From Eledone cirrhosa (taxonomy: Eukaryota), in NCBI GenBank assembly GCA_964016885.1, contig CAXHJY010000105.1:372001-436000 (forward strand): a stretch of DNA of 64,000 nt. The letters are read 5' to 3'. Within the stretch, counting starts at the first letter, position 1, and every line of letters starts with the position of its first letter. This document shows positions 47,571 to 61,000 of this stretch, one piece after another. A program made the position numbers and the translations under genes. The notes under the pieces are model-generated. The model did not search any database. It had not been told where the DNA came from and saw nothing but the letters and a program-made list of their open reading frames with translations.

Positions 47571-50090
47571 GATACAGAACCCTTCACCTAACATAAGGAT
47601 ACAGAAGACTTGACCTAACATAAGGATACAGAACCCTTGACCTAACCTAAGGATACAGAACACTTGACCTAACATAAGATACAGAACCCTTGACCTAACA
47701 TAAGGATACAGAACCCTTGACCTAACATAAAGGATACAGAACCCTTGACCTAACAAGGATACAGAAGACTTGACCTAACATAAGCATACAGAACCCTTGA
47801 CCTAACATAAGGATACAGAACACCTGACCTAACATACGGATACAGTAAACCTGACCTAACATAAGGATACAGAACACTTGACCTAACATAAGGATACAGA
47901 ACACTTGACCTAACATAAGGATACAGAACACCTGACCTAACATAAGGATACAGAACACTTGACCTAATGGAAGGATACAGAACACTTGACCTAACGTAAG
48001 GATACAGAACACTTGACCTAATGTAAGGATACAGAACACCTGACCTAACATAAGGATACAGAACACTTGACCTAACATAAGGATACAGAACACTTGACCT
48101 AACAAGGATACAGAACACTTGACCTAACATAAGGATACAGAACACTTGACCTAACATAAGGATACAGAAGACTTGACCTAACATAAGGATACAGAACCCT
48201 TGACCTAACCTAAGGATACAGAACACTTGACCTAACATAAGATACAGAACCCTTGACCTAACATAAGGATACAGAACCCTTGACCTAACATAAGGATACA
48301 GAACACTTGACCTAACATAAGCATACAGAACCCTTGACCTAACATAAGGATACAGAACACATGACCTAACACGGATACAGAACGCTTGACCTAACATAAG
48401 GATACAGAACACTTGACCTAACGCAAGGATACAGAACACCTGACCTAACATACGGATACAGAACACCTGACCTAACATAAGGATACAGAACCCTTGACCT
48501 AACGCAAGGATACAGAACACCTGACCTAACATACGGATACAGAACACTTGACCTAACGCAAGGATACAGAACACCTGACCTAACATAAGGATACAGAACA
48601 CTTGACCTAACGCAAGGATACAGAACACCTGACCTAACATACGGATACAGAACACTTGACCTAACATAAGGATACAGAACACTTGACCTAACATAAGGAT
48701 ACAGAACACCTGACCTAACATAAGGATACAGAACACTTGACATAATGGAAGGATACAGAACACTTGACCTGACGTAAGGATACAGAACACTTGACCTAAC
48801 ATAAGGTTACAGAACACCTGACCTAACATAAGGATACAGAACACCTGACCCAACATAAGGACACAGAACCCTTGACCTAACATAAGGATACAGAACACTT
48901 GACCGCACATAAGGATACAGAACACTTGACCTAACATAAGGATACAGAACACTTGACCTAACATAAGGATGCAGAACCCTTGACCTAACATAAGGATACA
49001 GAACCCTTGACCTAACATAAGGATACAGAAGCCTTGACCTAATATAAGGATACAGAATCCTTGATCTAACATAAGGATACAGAACCCTTGACCTAACATA
49101 AGGATACAGAACCCTTGATCTAACATAAGGATACAGAACCCTTGATCTAACATAAGGATACAGAAGATTTGACCTAACATAACCATACAGAACCCTTGAC
49201 CTAACATAAGGATCCAGAACACTTGATCTAACATAAGGATACAGAACCCTTGACCTAACATAAGGATACAGAACCCTTCACCTAACATAAGGATACAGAA
49301 GACTTGACCTAACATAAGGATACAGAACCCTTGACCTAACCTAAGGATACAGAACACTTGACCTAACATAAGATACAGAACCCTTGACCTAACATAAGGA
49401 TACAGAACCCTTGACCTAACATAAAGGATACAGAACCCTTGACCTAACAAGGATACAGAAGACTTGACCTAACATAAGCATACAGAACCCTTGACCTAAC
49501 ATAAGGATACAGAACACCTGACCTAACATACGGATACAGTAAACCTGACCTAACATAAGGATACAGAACACTTGACCTAACATAAGGATACAGAACACTT
49601 GACCTAACATAAGGATACAGAACACCTGACCTAACATAAGGATACAGAACACTTGACCTAATGGAAGGATACAGAACACTTGACCTAACGTAAGGATACA
49701 GAACACTTGACCTAATGTAAGGATACAGAACACCTGACCTAACATAAGGATACAGAACACTTGACCTAACATAAGGATACAGAACACTTGACCTAACAAG
49801 GATACAGAACACTTGACCTAACATAAGGATACAGAACACTTGACCTAACATAAGGATACAGAAGACTTGACCTAACATAAGGATACAGAACCCTTGACCT
49901 AACCTAAGGATACAGAACACTTGACCTAACATAAGATACAGAACCCTTGACCTAACATAAGGATACAGAACCCTTGACCTAACATAAGGATACAGAACAC
50001 TTGACCTAACATAAGCATACAGAACCCTTGACCTAACATAAGGATACAGAACACATGACCTAACAAGGATACAGAACGCTTGACCTAACA
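47170..50090. repeat. Tandem higher-order duplication, offset 1694 bp
   Basis: GGATCC at 47516/49210, CATACGGATACAGTAAACC at 47833/49527, and identical ORFs 47722..48105/49416..49799. Confidence 0.92.
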
Positions 50091-52389
50091 AAAGGATACA
50101 GAACACTTGACCTAACGCAAGGATACAGAACACCTGACCTAACATACGGATACAGAACACCTGACCTAACATAAGGATACAGAACACTTGACCTAACATA
50201 AGGATACAGAACACTTGACCTAACATAAGGATACAGAACACCTGACCTAACATAAGGATACAGAACACTTGACATAATGGAAGGATACAGAACACTTGAC
50301 CTGACGTAAGGATACAGAACACTTGACCTAACACAAGGATACAGAACACTTGACCTAACATAAGGAAACAGAACACTTGACCTAACACAAGGATACAGAA
50401 CACTTGACCTAACATAAGGATACAGAACACCTGACCTAACATAAGGATACAGAACACCTGACCTAACATAAGGATACAGAACACTTGACCTAACAAGGAT
50501 ACAGAAACTTGACCTAACATAAGGATACAGAACACCTGACCTAACATAAGGATACAGAAACTTGACCTAACACAAGGATACAGAACACCTGACCTAACAT
50601 AAGGATACAGAACACTTGACCTAACATAAGGATACAGAACACTTGACCTAACATAAGGATACAGAACACTTGACCTAATGTAAGGATACAGAACACCTGA
50701 CCTAACATAAGGATACAGAAGACCTGACCTAACATAAGGATACAGAAGACCTGACCTAACAGAAGGATACAGAACACTTGACCTAACATAAGGATGCAAA
50801 ACCCTTGACCTAACATAAGGATACAGAACCCTTGACCTAACATAAGGATACAGAACCCTTGACCTAACATAAGGATACAGAACCGTTGACCTAACATAAG
50901 GATACAGAACCCTTGACTTAACATAAGGATACAGAACATTTGACCTAACATAAGGATACAGAACCCTTGACCTAACATAAGGATACAGAACACTTGACCT
51001 AACATAAGCATACAGAACACTTGACCTAACATAAGGATACAGAACACCTGACCTAACATAAGGATACAGAACACTTGACCTAACATAAGGATACAGAACA
51101 TTTGACCTAACATAAGGATACAGAACCCTTGACCTAACATAAGGATACAGAATCCTTGACCTAACATAAGGATACAGAACCCTTGATCTAACATAAGGAT
51201 ACAGAAGACTTGACCTAACATAACCATACAGAACACTTGACCTAACATAAGGAGACAGAACACCTGACCTAACATAAGGATACAGAACACTTGACCTAAC
51301 ATACGGATACAGAACATTTGACCTAACATAAGGATACAGAACCCTTGACCTAACATAAGGATACAGAATCCTTGACCTAACATAGGGATACAGAACCCTT
51401 GACCTAACATAGGGATACAGAACACTTGACCTAACATAAGGATACAGAACCCTTGACCTAACATAAGGATACATAACCCTTGACCTAACATAAGGATACA
51501 GAACACCTGACCTAACAAGGATACAGAACACTTGACCTAACATAAGGATACAGAACACCTGACCTGACATAAGGATACAGAACACTTGACTTAACGTAAG
51601 GATACAGAACACTTGACCTAACATAAGGATACAAAACCCTTGACCTAACATAAGGATACAGAAGAATTGACCTAACATAAGGATACAGAAGAATTGACCT
51701 GACATAAGGATACAGAACACTTGACCTAACATAAGAATACAGAACACTTGACCTAACATAAGGATACAGAACACTTGACCTAACATAAGGATACAGAACA
51801 CCTGACCTAACAAGGATACAGAACACTTGACCTAACATAAGGATACAGAACCCTTGACCTAACATAAGGATACAGAACACCTGACCTCACATTAGGATAC
51901 AGAACACTTGACCTAACATAAGGATACAGAACACTTGACCTAACATAAGGATACAGAACACTTGACCTAATATAAGGATACAGAACCCTTGACCTAACAT
52001 AGGGATACAGAACCCTTGACCTAACATAGGGATACAGAACACTTGACCTAACATAAGGATACAGAACCCTTGACCTAACATAAGGATACAGAACCCTTGA
52101 CCTAACATAAGGATACAGAACACTTGACCTAACATAAGGATACAGAAACTTGACCTAACATAAGGATACAGAACACGTGACCTAACAAAGATACAGAACA
52201 CTTGACCTGACATAAGGATACAGAACCCTTGACCTAACAAGGATACAGAACACTTGACCTAACATAAGGATACAGAACACTTGACCTAACATAAGGATAC
52301 AGAACCCTTGACCTAACATAAGGATACAGAACACTTGACCTAACATAAGGATACAGAACACGTGACCTAACATAAGGATACAGAACACT

Positions 52390-54070
52390 TGACCTAAATA
52401 TAAGGATACAGAACCCTTGACCTAACATAAGGATACAGAACCCTTGACCTAACAAGGATACAGAACACTTGACCTAACATAAGGATACAGAACACTTGAC
52501 CTAACATAAGGATACAGAACCCTTGACCTAACATAAGGATACAGAACACTTGACCTAAATATAAGGATACAGAACCCTTGACCTAACATAAGGATACAGA
52601 ACCCTTGACCTAACATAAGGATACAGAACACTTGACCTAAATATAAGGATACAGAACCCTTGACCTAACATAAGGATACAGAACCCTTGACCTAACATAA
52701 GGATACAGAACACTTGACCTAACATAAGGATACAGAACACTTGACCTAACATAAGGATACAGAACCCTTGACCTAACATAAGGATACAGAACACTTGACC
52801 TAACATAAGGATACAGAACCCTTGACCTAACATAAGGATACAGAACCCTTGACCTAACAAGGATACAGAACACTTGACCTAACATAAGGATACAGAACAC
52901 TTGACCTAACATAAGGATACAGAACCCTTGACCTAACATAAGGATACAGAACACTTGACCTAAATATAAGGATACAGAACCCTTGACCTAACATAAGGAT
53001 ACAGAACCCTTGACCTAACAAGGATACAGAACACTTGACCTAACATAAGGATACAGAACACTTGACCTAACATAAGGATACAGAACCCTTGACCTAACAT
53101 AAGGATACAGAACACTTGACCTAACATAAGGATACAGAACACGTGACCTAACATAAGGATACAGAACACTTGACCTAAATATAAGGATACAGAACCCTTG
53201 ACCTAACATAAGGATACAGAACCCTTGACCTAACAAGGATACAGAACACTTGACCTAACATAAGGATACAGAACACTTGACCTAACATAAGGATACAGAA
53301 CACTTGACCTAACATAAGGATACAGAACACTTGACCGCACATAAGGATACAGAACACTTGACCTAACATAAGGATACAGAACACAAGACATAACATAAGG
53401 ATACAGAATCCTTTATCTAACATAAGGATACAGAACACTTGACCTAAATATAAGGATACAGAACACTTGACCTAACATAAGGATACAGAACACTTGACCG
53501 CACATAAGGATACAGAACACTTGACCTAACATAAGGATACAGAACACTTGACCTAAATATAAGGATACAGAACCCTTGACCTAACATAAGGATACAGAAC
53601 CCTTGACCTAACAAGGATACAGAACACTTGACCTAACATAAGGATACAGAACACTTGACCTAACATAAGGATACAGAACCCTTGACCTAACATAAGGATA
53701 CAGAACACTTGACCTAACATAAGGATACAGAACACGTGACCTAACATAAGGATACAGAACACTTGACCTAAATATAAGGATACAGAACCCTTGACCTAAC
53801 ATAAGGATACAGAACCCTTGACCTAACAAGGATACAGAACACTTGACCTAACATAAGGATACAGAACACTTGACCTAACATAAGGATACAGAACACTTGA
53901 CCTAACATAAGGATACAGAACACTTGACCGCACATAAGGATACAGAACACTTGACCTAACATAAGGATACAGAACACGTGACCTAACATAAGGATACAGA
54001 ACACTTGACCTAAATATAAGGATACAGAACCCTTGACCTAACATAAGGATACAGAACCCTTGACCTAACA
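52390..54070. repeat. Short-period sub-array punctuated by 28-bp GACCTAAATATAAGG monomers (units mostly 215-242 bp; 593-bp duplication)
   Basis: The 28-bp monomer occurs at about 52391, 52552, 52634, 52957, 53172, 53441, 53550, 53765 and 54007. Identical ORFs 52960/53553 and 53015/53608 are offset 593. Confidence 0.85.
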
Positions 54071-57000
54071 AGGATACAGAACACTTGACCTAACATAAGG
54101 ATACAGAACACTTGACCTAACATAAGGATACAGAACACTTGACCTAACATAAGGATACAGAACCCTTGACCTAACATAAGGATACAGAACACTTGACCGC
54201 ACATAAGGATACAGAACCCTTGACCTAACATAAGGATACAGAACACAAGACATAACATAAGGATACAGAATCCTTTATCTAACATAAGGATACAGAACAC
54301 TTGACCTAACATAAGGATACAGAACCCTTGACCTAACATAAGGATACAGAACACATGACCTAACAAGGATACAGAATGCTTGACCTAACATAAGGATCCA
54401 GAACCCTTGACCTAACACAAGGATACAGAACCCTTGATCTAACATAAGGATACAGAACCCTTGACCTAACCTAAGGATACAGAACACTTGACCTAACAGG
54501 GATACAGAACCCTTGACCTAACATAAGGATACAGAACCCTTGACCTAACAGGGATACAGAACCCTTGACCTAACATAAGGATACAGAACCCTTGACCTAA
54601 CCTAAGGATACAGAACACTTGACCTAACCTAAGGATACAGAACACTTGACCTAACATAAGATACAGAACCCTTGACCTAACATAAGGATACAGAACCCTT
54701 GACCTAACCTAAGGATACAGAACACTTGACCTAACCTAAGGATACAGAACACTTGACCTAACATAAGATACAGAACCCTTGACCTAACATAAGATACAGA
54801 ACCCTTGACCTAACATAAGGATACAGAACCCTTGACCTAACCTAAGGATACAGAACACTTGACCTAACATAAGATACAGAACCCTTGACCTAACATAAGG
54901 ATACAGAACCCTTGACCTAACCTAAGGATACAGAACACTTGACCTAACATAAGATACAGAACACTTGACCTAACAAGGATACAGAAGACTTGACCTAACA
55001 TAAGCATACAGAACCCTTGACCTAACATAAGGATACAGAACACATGACCTAACAAGGATACAGAAGACTTGACCTAACATAAGCATACAGAACCCTTGAC
55101 CTAACATAAGGATACAGAACACCTGACCTAACAAGGATACAGAACACTTCACCTAACATAAGGATACAGAACACCTGACCTAACATAAGGATACAGAACA
55201 CTTGACCTAACATAAGGATACAGAACACTTGACTTAACGTAAGGATACAGAACACTTGACCTAACAAGGATACAGAACACTTGACCTGACATAAGGATAC
55301 AGAACACTTGACCTAACACAAGGATACAGAACACCTGACGTAACATAAGGATACAGAACACTTGACCTAACCTAAGGATACAGAACACTTGACCTAACAC
55401 AAGGATACAGAAGACCTGAGCTAACAGAAGGATACAGAACCCTTGACCTAACATAAGGATACAGAACAATTGACCTAACATAAGGATACAGAACACTTGA
55501 CCTAATGTAAGGATACAGAACACCTGACCTAACATAAGGATACAGAAAACCTGACCTAACGTAAGGATACAGAACACTTGACCTAACATAATACAGAACC
55601 CTTGACCTAACATAAGGATACAGAACAACTGATCTAACAAAGATACAGAACACCTGACCTAACATAGGGATACAGAACACTTGACCCAACATAAGGATAC
55701 AGAAGACCTGACCTAACAGAAGGATACAGAACACTTGACCTAACATAAGGATGCAAAACCCTTGACCTAACATAAGGATACAGAACCCTTGACTTAACAT
55801 AAGGATACAGAACCCTTGACCTAACATAAGGATACAGAACACTTGACCTAACATAAGCATACAGAACACCTGACCTAACATAAGGATACAGAACCCTTGA
55901 CCTAACATAAGGATACAGAACACTTGACCTAACATAAGGATACAGAACCCTTGACCTAACATAAGGATACAGAACACTTGACCTAACATAAGGATACAGA
56001 ACACCTGACCTAACATAAGGATACAGAACACTTGACCTAACATACGGATACAGAACATTTGACCTAACATAAGGATACAGAACCCTTGACCTAACATAAG
56101 GATACAGAATCCTTGACCTAACATAAGGATACAGAACCCTTGATCTAACATAAGGATACAGAAGACTTGACCTAACATAACCATACAGAACACTTGACCT
56201 AACATAAGGATACAGAACACTTGACCTAACATAAGGATACAGAACCCTTGACCTAACATAGGGATATAGAACACTTGACCTAACATAAGGATACAGAATC
56301 CTTGATCTAACATAAGGATACAGAAGACTTGACCTAACATAACCATACAGAACACTTGACCTAACATAAGGATACAGAACACCTGACCTAACATAGGGAT
56401 ACAGAACCCTTGACCTAACATAGGGATATAGAACACTTGACCTAACATAAGGATACAGAATCCTTGACCTAACATAAGGATACAGAACCCTTGACCTAAC
56501 ATAAGGATACAGAACACCTGACCTAACAAGGATACAGAACACTTGACCTAACATAAGGATACAGAACACCTGACCTGACATAAGGATACAGAACACTTGA
56601 CTTAACGTAAGGATACAGAACACTTGACCTAACGTAAGGATACAGAACACTTGACCTAACATAAGGATACAAAACACTTGACCTAACATAAGGATACAGA
56701 AGAATTGACCTAACATAAGGATACAGAAGAATTGACCTGACATAAGGATACAGAACACTTGACCTAACATAAGGATACAGAACACTTGACCTAACATAAG
56801 GATACAGAACACCTGACCTAACAAGGATACAGAACACTTGACCTAACATAAGGATACAGAACCCTTGACATAACATAAGGATACAGAACACCTGACCTCA
56901 CATTAGGATACAGAACACTTGACCTAACATAAGGATACAGAACACTTGACCTCACATAAGGATACAGAACCCTTGACCTAACATAGGGATACAGAACCCT

Positions 57001-58089
57001 TGACCTAACATAGGGATACAAAACACTTGACCTAACATAAGGATACAGAACCCTTGACCTAACATAAGGATACAGAACCCTTGACCTAACATAAGGATAC
57101 AGAAACTTGACCTAACATAAGGATACATAAAACTTGACCTAATATAAGGATACAGAACACTTGACCTAACATAAGGATACAGAACACGTGACCTAACAAA
57201 GCTACAGAACACTTGACCTGACATAAGGATACAGAACCCTTGACCTAACAAGGATACAGAACACTTGACCTAACATAAGGATACAGAACACTTGACCTAA
57301 CATAAGGATACAGAACCCTTGACCTAACATAAGGATACAGAACACTTGACCTAACATAAGGATACAGAACACGTGACCTAACATAAGGATACAGAACACT
57401 TGACCTAAATATAAGGATACAGAACACTTGACCTAACATAAGGATACAGAACACTTCACCTGACATAAGGATACAGAAGACATGACCTAACATAAGGATA
57501 CAGAACACTTGACCTAATATAAGGATACAGAACACTTCACCTAACATAAGGATACAGAAGACATGACCTGACATAAGGATACAGAACACTTGACCTAACA
57601 TAAGGATACAGAACACTTGACCTAACATAAGGATACAGAACACATGACCTAACATAAGGATACAGAACACTTGACCTAACAAGGATACAGAACCCTTGAC
57701 CTAACATAAGGATACAGAACCCTTGACCTAACAAGGATACAGAACCCTTGACCTAACACAAGGATACAGAACACTTGACCTAACAAGGGCACAGAACAGT
57801 TGACCTAACATAAGGATGCAGAACACTTGACCTAACATAAGGATACAGAACACTTGACCTAACATAAGGATACAGAACCCTTGACCTAACATAAGGATAC
57901 AGAACACTTGACCTAACATAAGGATACAGAACACTTGACCTAACATAAGGATACAGAACCCTTGACCTAACATAAGGATACAGAACACTTGACCTAACAT
58001 AAGGATACAGAACACTTGACCTAACATAGGGATAAAGAACACTTGACCTAACATAAGGATACAGTACACATGACCCAACATAAGGACAC

Positions 58090-61000
58090 AGAACCCTTGA
58101 CCTAACATAAGGATACAGAACACTTGACTGCACATAAGGATACAGAACACTTGACCTAATATAAGGATACAGAACACTTCACCTAACATAAGGATACAGA
58201 AGACATGACCTGACATAAGGATACAGAACACTTGACCTAACATAAGGATACAGAACACTTGACCTAACATAAGGATACAGAACACATGACCTAACATAAG
58301 GATACAGAACACTTGACCTAACAAGGATACAGAACCCTTGACCTAACATAAGGATACAGAACCCTTGACCTAACAAGGATACAGAACCCTTGACCTAACA
58401 CAAGGATACAGAACACTTGACCTAACAAGGGTACAGAACAGTTGACCTAACATAAGGATGCAGAACACTTGACCTAACATAAGGATACAGAACACTTGAC
58501 CTAACATAAGGATACAGAACCCTTGACCTAACATAAGGATACAGAACACTTGACCTAACATAAGGATACAGAACACTTGACCTAACATAAGGATACAGAA
58601 CCCTTGACCTAACATAAGGATACAGAACACTTCACCTAACATAAGGATACAGAACACTTGACCTAACATAGGGATAAAGAACACTTGACCTAACATAAGG
58701 ATACAGAACCCTTGACCTTACATAAGGATACAGAACACTTGACCGCACATAAGGATACAGAACACTTGACCTAACATAAGGATACAGAACACAAGACATA
58801 ACATAAGCATACAGAACCCTTGACCTAACATAAGGATACAGAACACCTGACCTAACATAAGGTTACAAAACACTTGACCTAACATAAGGATACAGAACCC
58901 TTGACCTAACATAAGGATACAGAACCCTTGACCTAACATAAGGATACAGAAGCCTTGACCTAACATAAGATACAGAACACTTGACCTAACATAAGATACA
59001 GAACCCTTGACCTAACATAAGATACAGAACCCTTGACCTAACATAAGGATACAGAACCCTTGACCTAACCTAAGGATACAGAACACTTGACCTAACATAA
59101 GATACAGAACCCTTGACCTAACATAAGGATACAGAACCCTTGACCTAACCTAAGGATACAAAACACTTGACCTAACATAAGATACAGAACACTTGACCTA
59201 ACAAGGATACAGAAGACTTGACCTAACATAAGCATACAGAACCCTTGACCTAACATAAGGATACAGAACACATGACCTAACAAGGATACAGAAGACTTGA
59301 CCTAACATAAGCGAACAGAACCCTTGACCTAACATAAGGATACAGAACACCTGGCCTAACAAGGATACAGAACACTTCACCTAACATAAGGATACAGAAC
59401 ACCTGACCTAACATAAGGATACAGAACACTTGACCTAACATAAGGATACAGAACACTTGACTTAACGTAAGGATACAGAACACTTGACCTAACAAGGATA
59501 CAGAACACTTGACCTGACATAAGGATACAGAACACTTGACCTAACACAAGGATACAGAACACCTGACGTAACATAAGGATACAGAACACTTGACCTAACC
59601 TAAGGATACAGAAGACCTGACCTAACAGAAGGATACAGAACCCTTGACCTAACATAAGGATACAGAACACTTGACCTAACATAAGGATACAGAACACTTG
59701 ACCTAATGTAAGGATACAGAACACCTGACCTAACATAAGGATACAGAAAACCTGACCTAACATAAGGATACAGAACAACTGACCTAACAAAGATACAGAA
59801 CACCTGACCTAACATAGGGATACAGAACACTTGACCCAACATAAGGATACAGAAGACCTGACCTAACAGAAGGATACAGAACACTTGACCTAACATAAGG
59901 ATGCAAAACCCTTGACCTAACATAAGGATGCAAAACCCTTGACCTAACATAAGGATACAGAACCCTTGACTTAACATAAGGATACAGAACCCTTGACCTA
60001 ACATAAGGATACAGAACACTTGACCTAACATAAGCATACAGAACACCTGACCTAACATAAGGATACAGAACCCTTGACCTAACATAAGGATACAGAACAC
60101 TTGACCTAACATAAGGATACAGAACCCTTGACCTAACATAAGGATACAGAACACTTGACCTAACATAAGGATACAGAACACCTGACCTAACATAAGGATA
60201 CAGAACACTTGACCTAACATACGGATACAGAACATTTGACCTAACATAAGGATACAGAACCCTTGACCTAACATAAGGATACAGAATCCTTGACCTAACA
60301 TAAGGATACAGAACCCTTGATCTAACATAAGGATACAGAAGACTTGACCTAACATAACCATACAGAACACTTGACCTAACATAAGGATACAGAACACTTG
60401 ACCTAACATAAGGATACAGAACCCTTGACCTAACATAGGGATGTAGAACACTTGACCTAACATAAGGATACAGAATCCTTGATCTAACATAAGGATACAG
60501 AAGACTTGACCTAACATAACCATACAGAACACTTGACCTAACATAAGGATACAGAACACCTGACCTAACATAGGGATACAGAACCCTTGACCTAACATAA
60601 GGATACAGAACACTTGACCTAACATAAGGATACAGAACACGTGACCTAACATAAGGATACAGAACACTTGACCTAAATATAAGGATACAGAACCCTTGAC
60701 CTAACATAAGGATACAGAACACTTGACTGCACATAAGGATACAGAACACTTGACCTAATATAAGGATACAGAACACTTCACCTAACATAAGGATACAGAA
60801 GACATGACCTGACATAAGGATACAGAACACTTGACCTAACATAAGGATACAGAACACTTGACCTAACATAAGGATACAGAACACATGACCTAACATAAGG
60901 ATACAGAACACTTGACCTAACAAGGATACAGAACCCTTGACCTAACATAAGGATACAGAACCCTTGACCTAACAAGGATACAGAACCCTTGACCTAACAC

